NCBI RefSeq assembly: GCF_009914755.1 | Contig: NC_060947.1 | DNA length: 64,000 bases | Reading direction: 5' to 3' (one strand) | Origin: the human T2T-CHM13v2.0 reference genome, Homo sapiens | Shown: positions 24,601 through 37,370 of the stretch, piece after piece | Numbering within the stretch: the stretch's first letter is position 1 | Layout of the letters: each line of letters begins with the position of its first letter | Program-made: the position numbers and the translations under genes | Notes under the pieces: generated by a model | Told to the model about the DNA's origin: nothing | Seen by the model: only the letters and a program-made list of their open reading frames with translations | The model's database searches: none

Positions 24601-27600
24601 CTCCAAATATCCACCTGCAGATTCTACCAAAAGTGTATTTGGAAACTGCTCCATCAAAAGGCATGTTCAGCTCTGTGAGTGAAACTCCATCATCACAAAG
24701 AATATTCTGAGAATGCTTCCGTTTGCCTTTTATATGAAGTTCCTTCCTGTACTACCGTAGGCCTCAAAGCAGTCCAAATCTCCATTTGCAGATTCTACAA
24801 AAAGAGTGATTCCAATCTGCTCTATCAATAGGATTGTTCAACTCCATGAGTTGAATGCCATCCTCACAAAGTAGTTTCTGAGAATGCTTCTATCTGGTTT
24901 TTGTGTGAAGATATTTCCTTTTCCACCACAGGCCTCAAAGCCCTCCAAACGTCCACTTGCAGATTCTCGAAAAAGAGTGTTTCATAGCTGCTCTTTCAAA
25001 AGGAAAGTTCAACTCTGGGAGTTGAATACAAACATCACAAAATAGTTTCCGAGAATGCTTCAGTTTAGTTTTTATGTGAAGATGATCCCGTTTCCAGTGA
25101 AATCTTCAAAGAGGTCCACATATCCCCTTGCAGATTCCAAAGAAAGAGGGTTTCAAAACTGCTCCATCAGAAGGATTGTTCAACTCTGTGAGTTGAATGC
25201 AGTCATCGCAGAAAACTTTCTGAGAATGCTTCTGTCTAGGTTTGATGTGAAGATATAGATGTTTCAAACGAAGGCTACAAAGTGGTCAAAATATACACTT
25301 GCAGATTCTACTACAAGGGTGTTGCAAACCTGAACTATCAAAGGAAGGTTCAACTCTGTGAGTTGAATACAAACATCACAAAGAATGTTCTGAGTTTGCT
25401 TCCGTTCAGTTATGGGAAGTTGATCCCGTTTCCAACGAAATCCTCAGAGAGGTCCAAATATCCCCTTGCAGATTCTACAAAACGTGGGTTTGGAAACTGC
25501 TCCATCATAACGAATGTTCAGCTCCCTGAGTTAAACTCCATCGTCACAAAGAATTTTCTGAGAGTGCTACCGTCTGGTTTTTATATGAAGTTCTTTCCTT
25601 CACTACCACAGGCCTCAAAGCGGTCCAAATCTCCACTTGCAGATTCTACAAAAAGAGTGTTTGCAAACTGCTCTATCAAAAGGAATGTTCAACTCTGGGA
25701 GTTGAATGCAATCATCACAGAGCAGTTTCTGAGAATGCTTCTATGTCGTTTTTAGGAGAAGATATTTCCTTTTCCAACACAATCCTCCAAGCCCGCTAAA
25801 TAGCCACTTGCACATTGTAGAAAAAGTGTGTCAAAGCTGCGCTATCAAAGGGAAAGTTCAACTCTGTGAGGTGAATGCAAACATCCCAAAGAAGTTTCTG
25901 AGAATGCTTCCGTTTAGCTTTTAGGTGAAGATTATCCCGTTTCCAACGAAACCTTCAAAGAGGTCCAAATATCCCCTTGCGGATCCCACAGAAAGAGTGT
26001 TTCGAAACTGCTGTTTCAAAAGGAATCTTCAACTCTGTGAGTTGAATGCAATCATCACAAAGAAGTTTCTGACAATGCTTCTCTCTCGTCTTTCTGTGAA
26101 GATAAAGGAAAAGGCTTTCAGGCCTTTTCCACCACAGGCCTGAAAGCGCTCCAAATGTCCACTTGCAGATTCTGCCAAAAGAATATTTCAAAACTGCTCT
26201 ATGAAAAGCAATGTTAAACTCTGTGGCTGGAACACAAACATCACAAAGCGGTTTCTGAGAATGTTTCAGTTTAGTTTTTCTGTGGAAATATTCCCGTTTC
26301 CAAAGAAATCTTCAAAGAGGTCCACGTATCCACTTACAGATTCTACAAAAAGACAGTTTCAAAACTGCTCCATCAAAAGGAGGGTTCAACTGTGTGACTT
26401 GAATGCAATCATCACTCAGAAGTTTCTGAGAATGCTTCTCTTTAGTTTTTACGTGAACATATACCCGTTTCGAACGAAGGCCACCCAGTGGTCCAAATAT
26501 CCACTTGCAGATTATACAGAAAGAGTGTTTCGAACCTGAACTCTCAAAGGCAGGTTCATCTCTGCGAGTTAAATGCATTCATCATGAAGAACTTTCTCAG
26601 AGTGTTTGTGTTTAGTTATGGGAAATTATTCCCTTTTCCAACGAAATCCTCAGAGAGCTCCAAATATCCACCTGCAGATTCTACCAAAAGTGTATTTGGA
26701 AACTGCTCCATCAAAAGGCATGTTCAGCTCTGTCAGTGAAACTCCATCATCACAAAGAATATTCTGAGAATGCTTCCGTTTGCCTTTTATATGAAGTTCC
26801 TTCCTGTACTACCGTAGGCCTCAAAGCAGTCCAAATCTCCATTTGCAGATTCTACAAAAAGAGTGATTCCAATCTGCTCTATCAATAGGATTGTTCAACT
26901 CCATGAGTTGAATGCCATCCTCACAAAGTAGTTTCTGAGAATGCTTCTATCTGGTTTTTGTGTGAAGATATTTCCTTTTCCACCACAGGCCTCAAAGCCC
27001 TCCAAACGTCCACTTGCAGATTCTCGAAAAAGAGTGTTTCATAGCTGCTCTTTCAAAAGGAAAGTTCAACTCTGGGAGTTGAATACAAACATCACAAAAT
27101 AGTTTCCGAGAATGCTTCAGTTTAGTTTTTATGTGAAGATGATCCCGTTTCCAGTGAAATCTTCAAAGAGGTCCACATATCCCCTTGCAGATTCCAAAGA
27201 AAGAGGGTTTCAAAACTGCTCCATCAGAAGGATTGTTCAACTCTGTGAGTTGAATGCAGTCATCGCAGAAAACTTTCTGAGAATGCTTCTGTCTAGGTTT
27301 GATGTGAAGATATAGATGTTTCAAACGAAGGCTACAAAGTGGTCAAAATATACACTTGCAGATTCTACTACAAGGGTGTTGCAAACCTGAACTATCAAAG
27401 GAAGGTTCAACTCTGTGAGTTGAATACAAACATCACAAAGAATGTTCTGAGTTTGCTTCCGTTCAGTTATGGGAAGTTGATCCCGTTTCCAACGAAATCC
27501 TCAGAGAGGTCCAAATATCCCCTTGCAGATTCTACAAAACGTGTGTTTGGAAACTGCTCCATCATAACGAATGTTCAGCTCCCTGAGTTAAACTCCATCG

Positions 27601-30600
27601 TCACAAAGAATTTTCTGAGAGTGCTACCGTCTGGTTTTTATATGAAGTTCTTTCCTTCACTACCACAGGCCTCAAAGCGGTCCAAATCTCCACTTGCAGA
27701 TTCTACAAAAAGAGTGTTTGCAAACTGCTCTATCAAAAGGAATGTTCAACTCTGGGAGTTGAATGCAATCATCACAGAGCAGTTTCTGAGAATGCTTCTA
27801 TGTCGTTTTTAGGAGAAGATATTTCCTTTTCCAACACAATCCTCCAAGCCTGCTAAATAGCCACTTGCACATTGTAGAAAAAGTGTGTCAAAGCTGCGCT
27901 ATCAAAGGGAAAGTTCAACTCTGTGAGGTGAATGCAAACATCCCAAAGAAGTTTCTGAGAATGCTTCCGTTTAGCTTTTAGGTGAAGATTATCCCGTTTC
28001 CAACGAAACCTTCAAAGAGGTCCAAATATCCCCTTGCGGATCCCACAGAAAGAGTGTTTCGAAACTGCTGTTTCAAAAGGAATCTTCAACTCTGTGAGTT
28101 GAATGCAATCATCACAAAGAAGTTTCTGACAATGCTTCTCTCTCGTCTTTCTGTGAAGATAAAGGAAAAGGCTTTCAGGCCTTTTCCACCACAGGCCTGA
28201 AAGCGCTCCAAATGTCCACTTGCAGATTCTGCCAAAAGAATATTTCAAAACTGCTCTATGAAAAGCAATGTTAAACTCTGTGGCTGGAACACAAACATCA
28301 CAAAGCGGTTTCTGAGAATGTTTCAGTTTAGTTTTTCTATGGAAATATTCCCGTTTCCAAAGAAATCTTCAAAGAGGTCCACGTATCCACTTACAGATTC
28401 TACAAAAAGACAGTTTCAAAACTGCTCCATCAAAAGGAGGGTTCAACTGTGTGACTTGAATGCAATCATCACTCAGAAGTTTCTGAGAATGCTTCTCTTT
28501 AGTTTTTACGTGAACATATACCCGTTTCGAACGAAGGCCACCCAGTGGTCCAAATATCCACTTGCAGATTATACAGAAAGAGTGTTTCGAACCTGAACTC
28601 TCAAAGGCAGGTTCATCTCTGCGAGTTAAATGCATTCATCATGAAGAACTTTCTCAGAGTGTTTGTGTTTAGTTATGGGAAATTATTCCCGTTTCCAACG
28701 AAATCCTCAGAGAGCTCCAAATATCCACCTGCAGATTCTACCAAAAGTGTATTTGGAAACTGCTCCATCAAAAGGCATGTTCAGCTCTGTCAGTGAAACT
28801 CCATCATCACAAAGAATATTCTGAGAATGCTTCCGTTTGCCTTTTATCTGAAGTTCCTTCCTGTACTACCGTAGGCCTCAAAGCAGTCCAAATCTCCATT
28901 TGCAGATTCTACAAAAAGAGTGATTCCAATCTGCTCTATCAATAGGATTGTTCAACTCCATGAGTTGAATGCCATCCTCACAAAGTAGTTTCTGAGAATG
29001 CTTCTATCTGGTTTTTGTGTGAAGATATTTCCTTTTCCACCACAGGCCTCAAAGCCCTCCAAACGTCCACTTGCAGATTCTAGAAAAAGAGTGTTTCATA
29101 GCTGCTCTTTCAAAAGGAAAGTTCAACTCTGGGAGTTGAATACAAACATCACAAAATAGTTTCCGAGAATGCTTCTGTTTAGTTTTTATGTGAAGATGAT
29201 CCCGTTTCCAGTGAAATCTTCAAAGAGGTCCACATATCCCCTTGCAGATTCCAAAGAAAGAGGGTTTCAAAACTGCTCCATCAGAAGGATTGTTCAACTC
29301 TGTGAGTTGAATGCAGTCATCGCAGAAAACTTTCTGAGAATGCTTCTGTCTAGGTTTGATGTGAAGATATAGACGTTTCAAACGAAGGCTACAAAGTGGT
29401 CAAAATATACACTTGCAGATTCTACTACAAGGGTGTTGCAAACCTGAACTATCAAAGGAAGGTTCAACTCTGTGAGTTGAATACAAACATCACAAAGAAT
29501 GTTCTGAGTTTGCTTCCGTTCAGTTATGGGAAGTTGATCCCGTTTCCAACGAAATCCTCAGAGAGGTCCAAATATCCCCTCGCAGATTCTACAAAACGTG
29601 TGTTTGGAAACTGCTCCATCATAAGGAATGTTCAGCTCCCTGAGTTAAACTCCATCGTCACAAAGAATTTTCTGAGAGTGCTACCGTCTGGTTTTTATAT
29701 GAAGTTCTTTCCTTCACTACCACAGGCCTCAAAGCGGTCCAAATCTCCACTTGCAGATTCTACAAAAAGAGTGTTTGCAAACTGCTCTATCAAAAGGAAT
29801 GTTCAACTCTGGGAGTTGAATGCAATCATCACAGAGCAGTTTCTGAGAATGCTTCTATGTCGTTTTTAGGAGAAGATATTTCCTTTTCCAACACAGTCCT
29901 CCAAGCCCGCTAAATAGCCACTTGCACATTGTAGAAAAAGTGTGTCAAAGCTGCGCTATCAAAGGGAAAGTTCAACTCTGTGAGGTGAATGCAAACATCC
30001 CAAAGAAGTTTCTGAGAATGCTTCCGTTTAGCTTTTAGGTGAAGATTATCCCGTTTCCAACGAAACCTTCAAAGAGGTCCAAATATCCCCTTGCGGATCC
30101 CACAGAAAGAGTGTTTCGAAACTGCTGTTTCAAAAGGAATCTTCAACTCTGTGAGTTGAATGCAATCATCACAAAGAAGTTTCTGACAATGCTTCTCTCT
30201 CGTCTTTCTGTGAAGATAAAGGAAAAGGCTTTCAGGCCTTTTCCACCACAGGCCTGAAAGCGCTCCAAATGTCCACTTGCAGATTCTGCCAAAAGAATAT
30301 TTCAAAACTGCTCTATGAAAAGCAATGTTAAACTCTGCGGCTCGAACACAAACATCACAAAGCGGTTTCTGAGAATGCTTCAGTTTAGTTTTTCTGTGGA
30401 AATATTCCCGTTTCCAAAGAAATCTTCAAAGAGGTCCACGTATCCACTTACAGATTCTACAAAAAGACAGTTTCAAAACTGCTCCATCAAAAGGAGGGTT
30501 CAACTGTGTGACTTGAATGCAATCATCACTCAGAAGTTTCTGAGAATGCTTCTCTTTAGTTTTTACGTGAACATATACCCGTTTCGAACGAAGGCCACCC

Positions 30601-33600
30601 AGTGGTCCAAATATCCACTTGCAGATTCTACAGAAAGAGTGTTTCGAACCTGAACTCTCAAAGGCAGGTTCATCTCTGCGAGTTAAATGCATTCATCATG
30701 AAGAACTTTCTCAGCGTGTTTGTGTTTAGTTATGGGAAATTATTCCCGTTTCCAACGAAATCCTCAAAGAGCTCCAAATATCCACCTGCAGATTCTACCA
30801 AAAGTGTATTTGGAAACTGCTCCATCAAAAGGCATGTTCAGCTCTGTGAGTGAAACTCCATCATCACAAAGAATATTCTGAGAATGCTTCCGTTTGCCTT
30901 TTATATGAAGTTCCTTCCTATACGACCGTAGGCCTCAAAGCAGTCCAAATCTCCATTTGCAGATTCTACAAAAAGAGTGATTCCAATCTGCTCTATCAAT
31001 AGGATTGTTCAACTCCATGAGTTGAATGCCATCCTCACAAAGTAGTTTCTGAGAATGCTTCTATCTAGTTTTTATGTGAAGATATTTCCTTTTCCACCAC
31101 AGGCCTCAAAGCCCTCCAAACGTCCACTTGCAGATTCTCGAAAAGGAGTGTTTCATAGCTGCTCTTTCAAAAGGAAAGTTCAACTCTGGGAGTTGAATAC
31201 AAACATCACAAAGTAGTTTCCGAGAATGCTTCTGTTTAGTTTTTATGTGAAGATGATCCCGTTTCCAGTGAAATCTTCAAAGAGGTCCACATATCCCCTT
31301 GCAGATTCCAAAGAAAGAGGGTTTCAAAACTGCTCCATCAGAAGGATTGTTCAACTGTGTGAGTTGAATGCAGTCATCGCAGAAAACTTTCTGAGAATGC
31401 TTCTGTCTAGGTTTGATGTGAAGATATAGACGTTTCAAACGAAGGCTACAAAGTGGTCAAAATATACACTTGCAGATTCTACTACAAGGGTGTTGCAAAC
31501 CTGAACTATCAAAGGAAGGTTCAACTCTGTGAGTTGAATACAAACATCACAAAGAATGTTCTGAGTTTGCTTCCGTTCAGTTATGGGAAGTTGATCCCGT
31601 TTCCAACGAAATCCTCAGAGAGGTCCAAATATCCCCTCGCAGATTCTACAAAACGTGTGTTTGGAAACTGCTCCATCATAACGAATGTTCAGCTCCCTGA
31701 GTTAAACTCCATCGTCACAAAGAATTTTCTGAGAGTGCTACCGTCTGGTTTTTATATGAAGTTCTTTCCTTCACTACCACAGGCCTCAAAGCGGTCCAAA
31801 TCTCCACTTGCAGATTCTACAAAAAGAGTGTTTGCAAACTGCTCTATCAAAAGGAATGTTCAACTCTGGGAGTTGAATGCAATCATCACAGAGCAGTTTC
31901 TGAGAATGCTTCTATGTCGTTTTTAGGAGAAGATATTTCCTTTTCCAACACAGTCCTCCAAGCCCGCTAAATAGCCACTTGCACATTGTAGAAAAAGTGT
32001 GTCAAAGCTGCGCTATCAAAGGGAAAGTTCAACTCTGTGAGGTGAATGCAAACATCCCAAAGAAGTTTCTGAGAATGCTTCCGTTTAGCTTTTAGGTGAA
32101 GATTATCCCGTTTCCAACGAAACCTTCAAAGAGGTCCAAATATCCCCTTGCGGATCCCACAGAAAGAGTGTTTCGAAACTGCTGTTTCAAAAGGAATCTT
32201 CAACTCTGTGAGTTGAATGCAATCATCACAAAGAAGTTTCTGACAATGCTTCTCTCTCGTCTTTCTGTGAAGATAAAGGAAAAGGCTTTCAGGCCTTTTC
32301 CACCACAGGCCTGAAAGCGCTCCAAATGTCCACTTGCAGATTCTGCGAAAAGAATATTTCAAAACTGCTCTATGAAAAGCAATGTTAAACTCTGTGGCTC
32401 GAACACAAACATCACAAAGCGGTTTCTGAGAATGCTTCAGTTTAGTTTTTCTGTGGAAATATTCCCGTTTCCAAAGAAATCTTCAAAGAGGTCCACGTAT
32501 CCACTTACAGATTCTACAAAAAGACAGTTTCAAAACTGCTCCATCAAAAGGAGGGTTCAACCGTGTGACTTGAATGCAATCATCACTCAGAAGTTTCTGA
32601 GAATGCTTCTCTTTAGTTTTTACGTGAACATATACCCGTTTCGAACGAAGGTCAGCCAGTGGTCCAAATATCCACTTGCAGATTCTACAGAAAGAGTGTT
32701 TCGAACCTGAACTCTCAAAGGCAGGTTCATCTCTGCGAGTTAAATGCATTCATCATGAAGAACTTTCTCAGAGTGTTTGTGTTTAGTTATGGGAAATTAT
32801 TCCCGTTTCCAACGAAATCCTCAGAGAGCTCCAAATATCCACCTGCAGATTCTACCAAAAGTGTATTTGGAAACTGCTCCATCAAAAGGCATGTTCAGCT
32901 CTGTGAGTGAAACTCCATCATCACAAAGAATATTCTGAGAATGCTTCCGTTTGCCTTTTATATGAAGTTCCTTCCTGTACTACCGTAGGCCTCAAAGCAG
33001 TCCAAATCTCCATTTGCAGATTCTATAAAAAGAGTGATTCCAATCTGCTCTATCAATAGGATTGTTCAACTCCATGATTTGAATGCCATCCTCACAAAGC
33101 AGTTTCTGAGAATGCTTCTATCTGGTTTTTGTGTGAAGATATTTCCTTTTCCACCACAGGCCTCAAAGCCCTCCAAACGTCCACTTGCAGATTCTCGAAA
33201 AAGAGTGTTTCATAGCTGCTCTTTCAAAAGGAAAGTTCAACTCTGGGAGTTGAATGCAAACATCACAAAGTAGTTTCCGAGAATGCTTCTGTTTAGTTTT
33301 TATGTGAAGATGATCCCGTTTCCAGTGAAATCTTCAAAGAGGTCCACATATCCCCTTGCAGATTCCAAAGAAAGAGGGTTTCAAAACTGCTCCATCAGAA
33401 GGATTGTTCAACTGTGTGAGTTGAATGCAGTCATCGCAGAAAACTTTCTGAGAATGCTTCTGTCTAGGTTTGATGTGAAGATATAGACGTTTCAAACGAA
33501 GGCTACAAAGTGGTCAAAATATACACTTGCAGATTCTACTACAAGGGTGTTGCAAACCTGAACTATCAAAGGAAGGTTCAACTCTGTGAGTTGAATACAA

Positions 33601-36600
33601 ACATCACAAAGAATGTTCTGAGTTTGCTTCCGTTCAGTTATGGGAAGTTGATCCCGTTTCCAACGAAATCCTCAGAGAGGTCCAAATATCCCCTTGCAGA
33701 TTCTACAAAACGTGTGTTTGGAAACTGCTCCATCATAACGAATGTTCAGCTCCCTGAGTTAAACTCCATCGTCACAAAGAATTTTCTGAGAGTGCTACCG
33801 TCTGGTTTTTATATGAAGTTCTTTCCTTCACTACCACAGGCCTCAAAGCGGTCCAAATCTCCACTTGCAGATTCTACAAAAAGAGTGTTTGCAAACTGCT
33901 CTATCAAAAGGAATGTTCAACTCTGGGAGTTGAATGCAATCATCACAGAGCAGTTTCTGAGAATGCTTCTATGTCGTTTTTAGGAGAAGATATTTCCTTT
34001 TCCAACACAGTCCTCCAAGCCCGCTAAATAGCCACTTGCACATTGTAGAAAAAGTGTGTCAAAGCTGCGCTATCAAAGGGAAAGTTCAACTCTGTGAGGT
34101 GAATGCAAACATCCCAAAGAAGTTTCTGAGAATGCTTCCGTTTAGCTTTTAGGTGAAGATTATCCCGTTTCCAACGAAACCTTCAAAGAGGTCCAAATAT
34201 CCCCTTGCGGATCCCACAGAAAGAGTGTTTCGAAACTGCTGTTTCAAAAGGAATCTTCAACTCTGTGAGTTGAATGCAATCATCACAAAGAAGTTTCTGA
34301 CAATGCTTCTCTCTCGTCTTTCTGTGAAGATAAAGGAAAAGGCTTTCAGGCCTTTTCCACCACAGGCCTGAAAGCGCTCCAAATGTCCACTTGCAGATTC
34401 TGCGAAAAGAATATTTCAAAACTGCTCTATGAAAAGCAATGTTAAACTCTGTGGCTCGAACACAAACATCACAAAGCGGTTTCTGAGAATGCTTCAGTTT
34501 AGTTTTTCTGTGGAAATATTCCCGTTTCCAAAGAAATCTTCAAAGAGGTCCACGTATCCACTTACAGATTCTACAAAAAGACAGTTTCAAAACTGCTCCA
34601 TCAAAAGGAGGGTTCAACCGTGTGACTTGAATGCAATCATCACTCAGAAGTTTCTGAGAATGCTTCTCTTTAGTTTTTACGTGAACATATACCCGTTTCG
34701 AACGAAGGCCACCCAGTGGTCCAAATATCCACTTGCAGATTCTACAGAAAGAGTGTTTCGAACCTGAACTCTCAAAGGCAGGTTCATCTCTGCGAGTTAA
34801 ATGCATTCATCATGAAGAACTTTCTCAGAGTGTTTGTGTTTAGTTATGGGAAATTATTCCCGTTTCCAACGAAATCCTCAGAGAGCTCCAAATATCCACC
34901 TGCAGATTCTACCAAAAGTGTATTTGGAAACTGCTCCATCAAAAGGCATGTTCAGCTCTGTGAGTGAAACTCCATCATCACAAAGAATATTCTGAGAATG
35001 CTTCCGTTTGCCTTTTATATGAAGTTCCTTCCTGTACTACCGTAGGCCTCAAAGCAGTCCAAATCTCCATTTGCAGATTCTATAAAAAGAGTGATTCCAA
35101 TCTGCTCTATCAATAGGATTGTTCAACTCCATGATTTGAATGCCATCCTCACAAAGCAGTTTCTGAGAATGCTTCTATCTGGTTTTTGTGTGAAGATATT
35201 TCCTTTTCCACCACAGGCCTCAAAGCCCTCCAAACGTCCACTTGCAGATTCTCGAAAAAGAGTGTTTCATAGCTGCTCTTTCAAAAGGAAAGTTCAACTC
35301 TGGGAGTTGAATGCAAACATCACAAAGTAGTTTCCGAGAATGCTTCTGTTTAGTTTTTATGTGAAGATGATCCCGTTTCCAGTGAAATCTTCAAAGAGGT
35401 CCACATATCCCCTTGCAGATTCCAAAGAAAGAGGGTTTCAAAACTGCTCCATCAGAAGGATTGTTCAACTCTGTGAGTTGAATGCAGTCATCGCAGAAAA
35501 CTTTCTGAGAATGCTTCTGTCTAGGTTTGATGTGAAGATATAGACGTTTCAAACGAAGGCTACAAAGTGGTCAAAATATACACTTGCAGATTCTACTACA
35601 AGGGTGTTGCAAACCTGAACTATCAAAGGAAGGTTCAACTCTGTGAGTTGAATACAAACATCACAAAGAATGTTCTGAGTTTGCTTCCGTTCAGTTATGG
35701 GAAGTTGATCCCGTTTCCAACGAAATCCTCAGAGAGGTCCAAATATCCCCTCGCAGATTCTACAAAACGTGTGTTTGGAAACTGCTCCATCATAACGAAT
35801 GTTCAGCTCCCTGAGTTAAACTCCATCGTCACAAAGAATTTTCTGAGAGTGCTACCGTCTGGTTTTTATATGAAGTTCTTTCCTTCACTACCACAGGCCT
35901 CAAAGCGGTCCAAATCTCCACTTGCAGATTCTACAAAAAGAGTGTTTGCAAACTGCTCTATCAAAAGGAATGTTCAACTCTGGGAGTTGAATGCAATCAT
36001 CACAGAGCAGTTTCTGAGAATGCTTCTATGTCGTTTTTAGGAGAAGATATTTCCTTTTCCAACACAGTCCTCCAAGCCCGCTAAATAGCCACTTGCACAT
36101 TGTAGAAAAAGTGTGTCAAAGCTGCGCTATCAAAGGGAAAGTTCAACTCTGTGAGGTGAATGCAAACATCCCAAAGAAGTTTCTGAGAATGCTTCCGTTT
36201 AGCTTTTAGGTGAAGATTATCCCGTTTCCAACGAAACCTTCAAAGAGGTCCAAATATCCCCTTGCGGATCCCACAGAAAGAGTGTTTCGAAACTGCTGTT
36301 TCAAAAGGAATCTTCAACTCTGTGAGTTGAATGCAATCATCACAAAGAAGTTTCTGACAATGCTTCTCTCTCGTCTTTCTGTGAAGATAAAGGAAAAGGC
36401 TTTCAGGCCTTTTCCACCACAGGCCTGAAAGCGCTCCAAATGTCCACTTGCAGATTCTGCGAAAAGAATATTTCAAAACTGCTCTATGAAAAGCAATGTT
36501 AAACTCTGTGGCTCGAACACAAACATCACAAAGCGGTTTCTGAGAATGCTTCAGTTTAGTTTTTCTGTGGAAATATTCCCGTTTCCAAAGAAATCTTCAA

Positions 36601-37370
36601 AGAGGTCCACGTATCCACTTACAGATTCTACAAAAAGACAGTTTCAAAACTGCTCCATCAAAAGGAGGGTTCAACCGTGTGACTTGAATGCAATCATCAC
36701 TCAGAAGTTTCTGAGAATGCTTCTCTTTAGTTTTTACGTGAACATATACCCGTTTCGAACGAAGGCCACCCAGTGGTCCAAATATCCACTTGCAGATTCT
36801 ACAGAAAGAGTGTTTCGAACCTGAACTCTCAAAGGCAGGTTCATCTCTGCGAGTTAAATGCATTCATCATGAAGAACTTTCTCAGAGTGTTTGTGTTTAG
36901 TTATGGGAAATTATTCCCGTTTCCAACGAAATCCTCAGAGAGCTCCAAATATCCACCTGCAGATTCTACCAAAAGTGTATTTGGAAACTGCTCCATCAAA
37001 AGGCATGTTCAGCTCTGTGAGTGAAACTCCATCATCACAAAGAATATTCTGAGAATGCTTCCGTTTGCCTTTTATATGAAGTTCCTTCCTGTACTACCGT
37101 AGGCCTCAAAGCAGTCCAAATCTCCATTTGCAGATTCTACAAAAAGAGTGATTCCAATCTGCTCTATCAATAGGATTGTTCAACTCCATGAGTTGAATGC
37201 CATCCTCACAAAGTAGTTTCTGAGAATGCTTCTATCTGGTTTTTGTGTGAAGATATTTCCTTTTCCACCACAGGCCTCAAAGCCCTCCAAACGTCCACTT
37301 GCAGATTCTCGAAAAAGAGTGTTTCATAGCTGCTCTTTCAAAAGGAAAGTTCAACTCTGGGAGTTGAATA

